NCBI GenBank assembly: GCA_030427785.1
Contig: JAUICR010000001.1
Span: 1 to 48,987 of the forward strand
DNA length: 48,987 nucleotides
Origin: Bacteroidia bacterium
GTDB lineage: Bacteria > Bacteroidota > Bacteroidia > Flavobacteriales > Schleiferiaceae
Reading direction: 5' to 3'
Shown here: positions 9,811-18,368 of the stretch, one piece after another
Position numbering within the stretch: the first letter of the stretch is position 1
How the letters are laid out: each line of letters opens with the position of its first letter
Position numbers and translations under genes: made by a program
The notes under the pieces: generated by a model
The model's input: the letters and a program-made list of their open reading frames with translations, nothing else
Told to the model about the DNA's origin: nothing
Database searches by the model: none

Positions 9811-10899
9811 TTAAATAACCGACTGCTGCATCACCACTTCGTATTGTTCGGCCACAAGTTTCCAATTGTACTTTTCGCGAATGCTAGTCAGATTGTTTTT
9901 GATTTTTGCCAGCTGAGTATCATTTCTTTCCATCAGATCAGCGGCATTGGCAATGTCATTCAAATCGGAAAAGTAGGAAGCATTGTCGCCAAGCACTTCT
10001 CTGTTGAATGGATTGTCATGAGCCGAAATCATACAGCTACAGGCCATAGCTTCTAGTAGTGAGGGGTTGGTTCCGCCTACGCTGTGGCCATGAAAGAAGA
10101 TATTAGAAAAGTACCTGAGGTTATGAATAGCTTCTTTATTATATGTTCCTTTAATAAACCGAATTCTACTGTCTTTGTACTTGCGCTTTAGCATTTCCCC
10201 ATATTCAGATTCGTGGTTTCCAATAATAATAGTAACCCTTTTACTTTGGCTCTTTTGTATACCAGCCAAAATCATTTCAATGTTATTTTCGGGCTCAAGA
10301 CGCGCTACTACAAGATTGTACTCTCCTGGTTCTACTCCGTATTTTTCCAATACATTAGGGTTTGGATCCTTTAAAATTTCAGCCCCATACGGAATATAAA
10401 TCACCTGATTTTTGTACTCTTTGTTTAAATAACTTTCTATTTCCTTTGAGTCGGCTATTAAAAGATTACTCCCGTTGGCAGCCCACCGTTCAGCTCGCTT
10501 CAAAAATTTTTGAACCCTATGATTGTACTTTGAGCGTTTCCACTCTAGGCCATCCATATTAGTTATTATTACTGCATCACCGGGCAGTAGCTTTTGCCAA
10601 ATGCTGCTAGAAGTGTAGCCCAACATCAGGATTACATCAAAGTTTCTTTTCCTGGAATCGATAATGCAATTGAGGTCATATATAAATTGGCCAAACGTGC
10701 CAATGCGATGCTCGGGGTCATACTTATGAAGTATCTCAACTCCTTCATACTCTTTTTGCTGATAAGGATGTTTGTGCGAAGAGTACACCAAAACTTTATG
10801 ACCTGAGGCTGCAAGTCTTGTCCCCAATTGTTGGGCACATTCTTCAAACCCACCATATTTGTTAGGAATTCCTCGCGTACCTATTATTCCGATGTTCAT
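9811..10899 (-). CDS. Glycosyltransferase family 4 (DUF1972-type N-terminus)
   Basis: IGTRGIPNKYGGFE, NMDGLEWKRSK, ARLEPENN and HSVGGTNPSLLEAMA motifs. Confidence 0.9.
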   Translation of the reverse strand: MNIGIIGTRGIPNKYGGFEECAQQLGTRLAASGHKVLVYSSHKHPYQQKEYEGVEILHKYDPEHRIGTFGQFIYDLNCIIDSRKRNFDVILMLGYTSSSIWQKLLPGDAVIITNMDGLEWKRSKYNHRVQKFLKRAERWAANGSNLLIADSKEIESYLNKEYKNQVIYIPYGAEILKDPNPNVLEKYGVEPGEYNLVVARLEPENNIEMILAGIQKSQSKRVTIIIGNHESEYGEMLKRKYKDSRIRFIKGTYNKEAIHNLRYFSNIFFHGHSVGGTNPSLLEAMACSCMISAHDNPFNREVLGDNASYFSDLNDIANAADLMERNDTQLAKIKNNLTSIREKYNWKLVAEQYEVVMQQSVI

Positions 10900-10903
10900 A
10901 GTA

Positions 10904-11968
10904 TTAATTCTCTTTTACCAGAGATTGGTAAATATCTAAAATCTGCTGTGCCGAACGCTTCCAGCTAAAATTTTCTTCCACCCACTTGCGGTGATCTTCA
11001 TTTTTATCCAAGGCATTCAGCACTGCTTTTTTTATAGACTCTACATTGTCGGGTTCGCAATATTCAGCTTTATCCCCAAATAATTCTTGCTGTGGACCTC
11101 TATTACCCACCACCACCTGACAGCCGGCTTTCATAGCCTCTAAGGTAGCCAAACCTGTAGTTTCATAGTAACTAACTAATGCATGTACTTTGGCCTGGCA
11201 AAACTCCTTCTGCAGATTGTCAGAACTAATACGACCTGTAAAACGTACATCACTGTTGGCGGCTTGTTGGCAGGCAGTAAAGTAAGCCTTTTGGTTGGTA
11301 GCAACTTGGCCAGTTAGTGTTAGGCTGATGCCAGTGCCTTGTAGAGCTTTTATTAATGATAGTTGGTTTTTAGGGCCTTCAATACGGGCGGCACATAGTA
11401 CGCCTACTCTATTACCTGAGCTGTTGCAGGTAGGTATATGCTCGCTACCTAAGCTCACTTTTTTGTGAGGTGGTAAATAACCCAAATCTCTTTCTATCAA
11501 GTCAAGTTCTTGCTGAGAGGTGCTTACTAAATAGGAACTTTTTTTTAGAAGATGGAGCATGCTGTTCTTCTGACCCGCTATCAGGTAGTTCCACCCCGGA
11601 AATTTATCAGAGCTATTTAGCCACCTAAAAACAGTTTTTAAATAATCAAAACGAAAATTTCCGAGCATTTTACCCAATGTGGATGCCAATCCAGAACGAT
11701 GGAGAATATCGTATTCTCTATAATCGTGGTAAATGCTGCTAATTACCAAAGGTGCTTTTTGCTTAAGAGCACTTTTAGCATCAGCGGGGCGAATAAGATT
11801 GAAGAAATGGATAATGTCGTAGCTCTCTTTTTCAGATATTTTTTCTCTTAAGGATATATGCACTTCGCATCCCATAAGGCGTAGATATTTAGCCGTTTGG
11901 TCTACCTGAAGCGTGTCTCCTCCAGGTTGTTTATACAGTGTAGATCGTGTAAGAAAAAGTATTTTCAT
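10904..11968 (-). CDS. Glycosyltransferase family 4
   Basis: GGDTLQ N-terminal motif, RIEGPKNQ and E-TTGLATL-E (Ex7E) motif. Confidence 0.88.
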   Translation of the reverse strand: MKILFLTRSTLYKQPGGDTLQVDQTAKYLRLMGCEVHISLREKISEKESYDIIHFFNLIRPADAKSALKQKAPLVISSIYHDYREYDILHRSGLASTLGKMLGNFRFDYLKTVFRWLNSSDKFPGWNYLIAGQKNSMLHLLKKSSYLVSTSQQELDLIERDLGYLPPHKKVSLGSEHIPTCNSSGNRVGVLCAARIEGPKNQLSLIKALQGTGISLTLTGQVATNQKAYFTACQQAANSDVRFTGRISSDNLQKEFCQAKVHALVSYYETTGLATLEAMKAGCQVVVGNRGPQQELFGDKAEYCEPDNVESIKKAVLNALDKNEDHRKWVEENFSWKRSAQQILDIYQSLVKEN

Positions 11969-12045
11969 TAATGTGTTGCAGGCATTATTCTTCGTAATAT
12001 TGCCGATTCAAATTAAGGTTACGAATCTATTAAAATCAAAATGTA

Positions 12046-12564
12046 ATGAAGCGTATTATTTTAGGCTTAAGTGTTGTTGTACTTGCTGTTGCTTGTGGTC
12101 CTGCAGAATCTTCTGAGGCGCCAGCTAATGAAGCGTCACAAGAAACTATGGAAACTCCGGTAGAAGAAACTGCTCCGGCAGAAGCACCTGCTGCTATGTC
12201 TTTTACAGTAAAAACTACTGGTGAGACTATGACAGATATGGCATTTGCACCAAAGCAGTTAGTTGTAAATGCAGGAGCTGAGGTTACTATTACTTTGACC
12301 AACGAAGCAGAAAGTGCTGCAATGGTACATAACTTAGTAATCATCAATGTTGGATCACAAGAAGAAATTAACACTCAAGCTATGGAAGCAGGTGTTGATG
12401 CAGAGTTTGTTCCAGAGAACGATAACATTATCGCTGCTACTAGCCTTGCCAACCCAGGTGAAGAAGTAACTGTTACTTTCACTGCTCCTGCAGCAGGAAC
12501 TTACCAGTACATCTGTACTTACCCAGGTCACGCGTCTATGAAAGGAATCTTAGTTGTAAACTAA
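12046..12564 (+). CDS. Lipid-anchored azurin/auracyanin-like blue copper protein
   Basis: Lipobox LAVA-C, acidic Ala/Pro/Glu linker, MVHNLVI (first His ligand) and C-TYPG-H-AS-M type 1 copper loop. Confidence 0.88.
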   Translation: MKRIILGLSVVVLAVACGPAESSEAPANEASQETMETPVEETAPAEAPAAMSFTVKTTGETMTDMAFAPKQLVVNAGAEVTITLTNEAESAAMVHNLVIINVGSQEEINTQAMEAGVDAEFVPENDNIIAATSLANPGEEVTVTFTAPAAGTYQYICTYPGHASMKGILVVN

Positions 12565-12586
12565 GACAATTCTTTTTTTGATCTTA

Positions 12587-13111
12587 TTAAAATTCCGTCC
12601 AATTGGGCGGAATTTTTTTTTGGAGCCAATAGCTGAAAATACCACCTAGTATCGATTTTATAAGTAAGCCAGGTGTAAGGTGAATAAGGGCATCTAAGAG
12701 TTTGGCATTGGGTAGCAACCAATATAGAACCAAAAAGCCAGGAATAAGAAGAATTACGTGGGCTCTAAAAAAATTGAGGATGTAGTGAAAAAAAGATTGC
12801 TGGCTTTTTTCTATCATCCAGGCCAAAGCATAACACACAAATGGAAATGCCCACAGAAAACCTGCCGTAGGCCCAATCATCTTTTCATAACCTCCTTGGA
12901 AGCCAGCAAAAACAGGTATGCCGGCACTACCGATAATCAGGTAAATAGCCGCAACCAAAAAACCGGATTTTTTGCCCAGAACGGCAGCTATTACAAAGAG
13001 TACAAACGTTTGCATGGTAATGGGTATTTCGCCAAGACTAACATTAATAGGGGCGAAAAAACATGCTATTAGTACCCCAATTACTACTGCTTTGATATTA
13101 GCTGCTTTCAT
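12587..13111 (-). CDS. bioY: Biotin transporter BioY (ECF S component)
   Basis: IPITMQT, YLIIG-x-AGIPVFAG and GPTAGFL motifs. Start set at ATG 13111, which overlaps the MATE stop by 14 nt. Confidence 0.9.
   Translation of the reverse strand: MKAANIKAVVIGVLIACFFAPINVSLGEIPITMQTFVLFVIAAVLGKKSGFLVAAIYLIIGSAGIPVFAGFQGGYEKMIGPTAGFLWAFPFVCYALAWMIEKSQQSFFHYILNFFRAHVILLIPGFLVLYWLLPNAKLLDALIHLTPGLLIKSILGGIFSYWLQKKIPPNWTEF
12589..12621. terminator. Probable bidirectional intrinsic terminator between the convergent copper-protein and bioY genes
   Basis: AAAATTCCGTCC-aatt-GGGCGGAATTTT stem followed by a T-run. It lies inside the bioY 3' end. Confidence 0.7.
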
Positions 13112-14438
13112 CAATAAGTTTTTTAGCTCTCCATTCAAATCGCCAATAGAGCATTACGGCCGCTACTGTAAGGCCTAGCGCCAAACCATACCATACACCA
13201 AGTGCTCCCAGCTCAAGGCTAATGCCCATGTAATAAGCAGGGAGCAAGCCGCAACACCAATAGGCGATAAACGAAAATAGTGTTGGGATTTTTACATCGC
13301 TAAGCCCCCGTAGCGCCCCTAAAGCTACCACCTGGGTACCGTCAGAAAACTGAAACAAAACCGCAATGATCAGTAATTGGGAGGCTATCGATATTACAAA
13401 GGGGTCGTCAGTATAAAATGTGGGAAGAAAATCTTTGCCGATAAAAAAAGCTAAGCCCCACATGGCCATTAGCACGAGTATCATGATAAAACAAATCCGT
13501 CCGGCTTCCAGCATAGTTTTTAGATCTTTTCTTCCAAGCTGATTAGCTATTCGAACAGTGGCTGCCGCTCCTAGGCCGCTAGCCATCATGTAACTAAGGG
13601 CGGCAAGGCTAATCGCAATTTGGTGAGCGGCAAGGGCTTCTGCACTTATTTGGCCTACAATAATGGCGGCTACTGCAAATGCTGATATTTCAAAAATATA
13701 CTGCGTGCCAGAGGGTATACCAACTCTCAGGATTTCATTAAACCTGCTCTTCTTCCATTTTAGCTTGAAAGAATGCAGCAGATAGGGTGTAAAGCGCTTG
13801 TGCCTAAAAATGTAAAAGTACATACCAACGGCCATCAATATTCTCGAAATCAAAGTGGCGTAACCTGCTCCGTTTAACCCAAGCTGCGGGAAACCAAAAT
13901 GGCCATAAATCAAAACGTAATTGAGCGCAATATTTACCACATTGGCTCCAATAGACACCATCATGGCTGCTCTTGTATCTGATAAGCCTTCGGCAAATTG
14001 CTTAAAGCTAAGAAAGAGCATAAAGGGAAAAATGCTGGAAGAAATAATTAAGAGGTATGGGTCAGCCAGCTCTACCACGCCCATTTCTTGCCCAAGCAAA
14101 CCTGTAAACTGAGCAAAGATTAGCACTAGAATAAAAATCAGAAAAGCCGAAATAATATTAATAAGAAGGCCGTGACGCAGAAAAGATCCGGCTTTATCGG
14201 GTTTGTTTTCACCTTCGGCATGCGCTATGGGTGGTGTCATACCAAAGGCCACACCTATTCCAAAAACCATTGGGATAACAAAAATAGAATTGGCAAAAGC
14301 CGCAGCAGCAAGGGGTATAGTGCCTAGCTGACCAACCATAATACTATCTGCTAAGCCAACAAATACATGACCGAGCTGGCCTAGCATTACAGGCCATGCA
14401 AGGTTAAAAGTGATTCGTAAATGTTCTTTATTGGTCAA
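13098..14438 (-). CDS. MATE family efflux transporter (NorM-like)
   Basis: LAWPVMLGQL, DSIMVGQLG, AAHQIA, FQFSDGTQVV and GALRG motifs, ~12 TM segments. TTG start. Confidence 0.92.
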   Translation of the reverse strand: MTNKEHLRITFNLAWPVMLGQLGHVFVGLADSIMVGQLGTIPLAAAAFANSIFVIPMVFGIGVAFGMTPPIAHAEGENKPDKAGSFLRHGLLINIISAFLIFILVLIFAQFTGLLGQEMGVVELADPYLLIISSSIFPFMLFLSFKQFAEGLSDTRAAMMVSIGANVVNIALNYVLIYGHFGFPQLGLNGAGYATLISRILMAVGMYFYIFRHKRFTPYLLHSFKLKWKKSRFNEILRVGIPSGTQYIFEISAFAVAAIIVGQISAEALAAHQIAISLAALSYMMASGLGAAATVRIANQLGRKDLKTMLEAGRICFIMILVLMAMWGLAFFIGKDFLPTFYTDDPFVISIASQLLIIAVLFQFSDGTQVVALGALRGLSDVKIPTLFSFIAYWCCGLLPAYYMGISLELGALGVWYGLALGLTVAAVMLYWRFEWRAKKLIDESS

Positions 14439-14465
14439 TGGGACTCGTAGTTTGAGCCCGCGAAT

Positions 14466-14699
14466 TTAAATCAATTCGGCTTCGTGACGTTTCATCTCAC
14501 GTTCATAAAACGCGTCTGCAGCATCTAGCAAATCTGCAATCTCAGAAACAAGGTCGTCTTCAGAACCTTCCAGTTCATCCATCCATTCTACTTCATCGTG
14601 GTTTACGTTCCATACAAATCGAGGATACTCGGTATGAATAATAAAGATGTCATCGGGGCAATCGGTGTTGTCGGCTAATAAGAAGTGTGGTAATTCCAT
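14466..14699 (-). CDS. Small very acidic hypothetical protein (77 aa)
   Basis: Clean ATG-TAA ORF filling the intergenic gap, with a TATCTTTA -7 variant at 14719-14726 upstream. Protein-like composition. Confidence 0.75.
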   Translation of the reverse strand: MELPHFLLADNTDCPDDIFIIHTEYPRFVWNVNHDEVEWMDELEGSEDDLVSEIADLLDAADAFYEREMKRHEAELI

Positions 14700-14783
14700 T
14701 TGGTAGGTGTTTAGTATCTAAAGATAGGATAAACCTTTGAAGGATAAACGTTTAATATTTGTTTAAAAATAAAAATAACTGGA

Positions 14784-15947
14784 TTACTTGCTGGCAAAGG
14801 TTTTTACGTCATCAGCACTTATTTGTACCCCTCCAAGAATAATCAGGCGCTCTACTACATTTCGCAACTCTCGTATGTTTCCTGTCCAGTTAATTTTTTG
14901 AAGTTCAAGCAAGGCATCTTCGGTAAACTCTTTTGGATTGTTTCCCTGCTCTTTGGCTATAGATTTGGCAAAATGCTCTGCCAGTTCGGGAATGTCTTCC
15001 AGGCGGTCGTTCAAGGCAGGTACATGAATTAGGATAACTCCTAAGCGGTGGTACAAGTCCTCTCTAAAGGTTCCTTTTTTGATTTCTTCTTCAAGGTTTT
15101 TGTTGGTAGCAGCTATTACGCGTACATCCACCTTTATTTCCTTTTCTCCACCTACAGGTGTTATACGGCCTTCTTGCAAAGCTCTTAGCACTTTAGCCTG
15201 GGCGCTGAGGCTCATATCACCAATTTCGTCTAAAAACAAACTACCACCATTGGCCTGCTCAAAGGTTCCTTTGCGGTCTTTTACTGCCGAGGTAAAGGCT
15301 CCTTTTTTGTGCCCAAATAATTCACTTTCTATAAGTTCGGCTGGTATTGCAGCGCAGTTTACCTCTATCAATGGCATTTTGTTGCGTTCGCTTTTTTGAT
15401 GAATCCAATGAGCCACTAGTTCTTTTCCCGTACCATTAGGTCCCATTATCAATACGCGAGCGTCAGTAGGGGCCACCTTTTCAATGATGTCCTTTATGGA
15501 TTCTAAGGCCTCAGATTTTCCTACCATTTGATAGCCTTTGGCAATTTTCTTTTTGAGGGTTTTGTTCTCTTTTACAAGATTGGTGCGGTCAAGCGCCCTA
15601 CGTACCGTTCCTAGCAATCGGTTTAAATCTGGTGGTTTTGAGATATAATCATAGGCGCCAAGGCGCATACATTCTACAGCTGTTTCAAGGTCGCCATGGC
15701 CCGATATCATTACAATAGCCATATCCGGATGATTTGCCCTGCAATAATTTAATACTTCTATGCCATCCGCTCCAGGCATTTTAATATCGCATAATACTAA
15801 GTCGTATTCCTTTTCACTAAGTTTTTGAATAGCAATGGTGCCGCTTTCCGCTTCTTCTATGTCAAAGTCTTTGTTTTCGTCTTTTAAGATGTTGCTAAGC
15901 ACATTTCGTATGGCTTTTTCATCTTCTACAATCAAAATTTTAGGCAT
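14784..15947 (-). CDS. Sigma54-interacting response regulator (NtrC/NtrX-like; receiver + AAA+, no C-terminal HTH)
   Basis: Receiver ILIVEDE...LCDIKMP, Walker A GPNGTGKE, ESELFGH-KK-GAFTSA, LFLDEIG, FREDLYHRL and WTGNIRELRN. The protein ends right after the AAA+ lid. Confidence 0.92.
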   Translation of the reverse strand: MPKILIVEDEKAIRNVLSNILKDENKDFDIEEAESGTIAIQKLSEKEYDLVLCDIKMPGADGIEVLNYCRANHPDMAIVMISGHGDLETAVECMRLGAYDYISKPPDLNRLLGTVRRALDRTNLVKENKTLKKKIAKGYQMVGKSEALESIKDIIEKVAPTDARVLIMGPNGTGKELVAHWIHQKSERNKMPLIEVNCAAIPAELIESELFGHKKGAFTSAVKDRKGTFEQANGGSLFLDEIGDMSLSAQAKVLRALQEGRITPVGGEKEIKVDVRVIAATNKNLEEEIKKGTFREDLYHRLGVILIHVPALNDRLEDIPELAEHFAKSIAKEQGNNPKEFTEDALLELQKINWTGNIRELRNVVERLIILGGVQISADDVKTFASK

Positions 15948-15968
15948 CGTCTCTCGCTTTGTTTCTCA

Positions 15969-17276
15969 CTAGGATTTATAAGTAATCCATTTTAGTAATT
16001 CTTTAAATTTTGGCTTTTTGCCGTACATCAATATTCCAGTTCGGTATATTCTACCCGCCACCCACATCATACCTACAAAGGTGGCCAGCAAGGTAAGCAT
16101 GGATACTACGAGCTCCCAAATAGGAACGTTAAACGGAACTCGGGCCATCATTACAATGGGAGATGTAAATGGGATAACACTAAACCAAAATGCAATAGGC
16201 CCATCAGGATTGTCCAAGGCTCTTATTAATACTATTAGGCCGGCTACTAAGGGCATCGATACCGGAAACATAAATTGTTGTGTGTCAGATTCTTTATCTA
16301 CAGCTGAGCCAATAGCTGCAAACATGGCCGCGTACAATAAGTATCCAAACAGGAAGAAAAACAGGAAACAGCCAATGATGTATGGAAAGTTGATAGCATC
16401 TATCGTTTCAAATACTCTAAAGATGATATCTTGATCAATAGTAGAAACATTGGTAGGGGTCAACTTTGCAGCGTCAAGCTTAGGAACTAGGATAAATGAA
16501 AGGGCGGCAGAATAAAATGCGATGCCAAATACTACCCAAACCAAAAATTGGAGGAGGGCAACACCGGCCAAGCCAAATATCTTTCCTGCCATGAGTTGAA
16601 ATGGCTTTACGGTAGAAACCATTACTTCTACTATTCTGCTGGTTTTTTCTTCTATAACACCGCGCATTACCTGCGCTCCGTATACAAACACAAAGAAATA
16701 TATCAGAAACGCTGATACATAGCCAATACCCATTTTTACAGCCGACAGGCTTTCAGTTTCTTTACCTTTTTCCAGATTAATAACGCTGAGCTTAACTCTT
16801 GTTTTGGTGCGCGCTAATACATCTGGGTCTACCCCTTGGGCTTTGAGTTTTTCATTTTGTATGTACTTGTCCAGTTTGCCCTGTACGTAAGCTTCTACCC
16901 CAAGGCTAATATCGCTTTTGCAAAACAGCTTTGAGCCGTAGGTCATAATGTCCGGATCATTATTACTACTAGCTGGAATATAGAGTAGCGCATAATCGTC
17001 TCCTTTTTCAAAAAACTCTTTTGCTTTTTCCAAATCAAATTCTTTGGGTGGTAAGTAGCGAAACTTTAGATTTTCTTTGCCCTTATCTAAGTCCATCATA
17101 CCAGGTTCATCCAATACTGTAATTACGCGGTTGTCTTCGGGTAAGGTAGCCAAGTACGCTGGTAGAATAAATATAGCAGCCGAAAGAATAGGCCCCAGAA
17201 TAGTCATAATGATAAAGGACTTCTTTCGCACTCTTGTGCTGAACTCGCGCTTTATGATGAGCCAGGTTTTATGCAT
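15969..17276 (-). CDS. ABC-2 type transporter permease (NatB-like)
   Basis: IIKREF-x-TRVRKKSF, GVIEEKTSRIVEVM and PFTSPIVMMAR motifs, with a large extracytoplasmic loop. Confidence 0.88.
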   Translation of the reverse strand: MHKTWLIIKREFSTRVRKKSFIIMTILGPILSAAIFILPAYLATLPEDNRVITVLDEPGMMDLDKGKENLKFRYLPPKEFDLEKAKEFFEKGDDYALLYIPASSNNDPDIMTYGSKLFCKSDISLGVEAYVQGKLDKYIQNEKLKAQGVDPDVLARTKTRVKLSVINLEKGKETESLSAVKMGIGYVSAFLIYFFVFVYGAQVMRGVIEEKTSRIVEVMVSTVKPFQLMAGKIFGLAGVALLQFLVWVVFGIAFYSAALSFILVPKLDAAKLTPTNVSTIDQDIIFRVFETIDAINFPYIIGCFLFFFLFGYLLYAAMFAAIGSAVDKESDTQQFMFPVSMPLVAGLIVLIRALDNPDGPIAFWFSVIPFTSPIVMMARVPFNVPIWELVVSMLTLLATFVGMMWVAGRIYRTGILMYGKKPKFKELLKWITYKS

Positions 17277-18175
17277 CAGTTTTGTACTTTTTTAATGAAT
17301 ATCTCATTAAGGCTTGGAAGCTCTTCGCTAAAACTATTAAGTACACCATACTCCATTAATTCAAGCGCCAAAGCATTACTGTTACTAGTATTCAGCCTTA
17401 GTTTTAGCTTTAAATTGTTTTTGCTTTTTTCCTGACTAATAATAGTGGCAGCCTTCAAATTTTGTAATTCTGTACTATTGTGAAGGTTGGCAACAAATAC
17501 ATTGCTTTTATAATCGTGCTTTATGTCTTGCAGTTTTCCACTCAATATTTTTTCACCTTGGTTTATTAAAGCAATTTCATCACATATTTCCTCTACAGAC
17601 TCCATACGGTGTGTAGAAAAAATGATGGTGGCTCCGTCATCTCGCAGCTTTAATATTTCGCTCTTAATCAAATTGGTATTGATGGGGTCAAATCCAGTAA
17701 AAGGCTCATCCAAAATTAGCAGCTCAGGCTGATGAATAACCGTGGCTATAAATTGAATTTTTTGCGCCATTCCCTTCGAAAGTTCTTCCACATTCTTGTC
17801 AACCCACGCCTCCACTTCAAAGCGCTGCATCCAGTATTTTACTTTGGTTTTGGCATCGTGCTTCGATAAGTTTCGCAGCTGTGCCAAATACAGTAACTGC
17901 TCGCCCACCTTCATTTTTGGGTACAATCCACGCTCTTCGGGTAGGTAGCCTATTAAGGCCACGTCATTTGGTTTTAAGGCTTTTCCTTTGAGTAAAACGC
18001 TACCCGAGTCAGGCGCTGTGATTTGATTAATGATTCGTATGAGTGATGTTTTTCCGGCACCATTAGGGCCTAATAATCCAAAGGTAGCTCCTTGCTCCAC
18101 TTCTAAGCTTACCTTGTGCAAGGCTCTGTGTTTTCGGTAATATTTTGAAACTTCTTGTACTGAAAGAATACTCAT
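17276..18175 (-). CDS. ABC transporter ATP-binding protein (NatA-like)
   Basis: GPNGAGKTS, GYLPEERGLY, LSKGMAQK and LDEPFTGFDP. TGATG coupling to the permease. Confidence 0.92.
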   Translation of the reverse strand: MSILSVQEVSKYYRKHRALHKVSLEVEQGATFGLLGPNGAGKTSLIRIINQITAPDSGSVLLKGKALKPNDVALIGYLPEERGLYPKMKVGEQLLYLAQLRNLSKHDAKTKVKYWMQRFEVEAWVDKNVEELSKGMAQKIQFIATVIHQPELLILDEPFTGFDPINTNLIKSEILKLRDDGATIIFSTHRMESVEEICDEIALINQGEKILSGKLQDIKHDYKSNVFVANLHNSTELQNLKAATIISQEKSKNNLKLKLRLNTSNSNALALELMEYGVLNSFSEELPSLNEIFIKKVQN

Positions 18176-18286
18176 TGTGGTACGGATACTTTTGAGCCCG
18201 TGAATGTAATAAAGGAAAGAATTTCATGCTCTTTTATTAGGTTAAAGTTTTACTAAGTACAAGTTTCAATATCTGCCTTGTGTTGT

Positions 18287-18323
18287 AAAAAAAAGACCGC
18301 ACACAAATGGGGCGGTCTTTTTT
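18287..18323 (-). terminator. Intrinsic terminator downstream of dnaJ
   Basis: AAAAAAGACCGC...GCGGTCTTTTTT perfect stem with A/T runs on both sides. Confidence 0.8.
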
Positions 18324-18368
18324 GCAATTTATATACAAAGCTTAAAAAGCGAAAAGTATACGCAGTAC

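Noticed and set aside
12587-14438. MATE gene overlapping bioY as a possible biotin-related export/import module
   Set aside because: No biotin synthesis genes or recognisable BirA operator nearby. The overlap is adequately explained by genome compaction.
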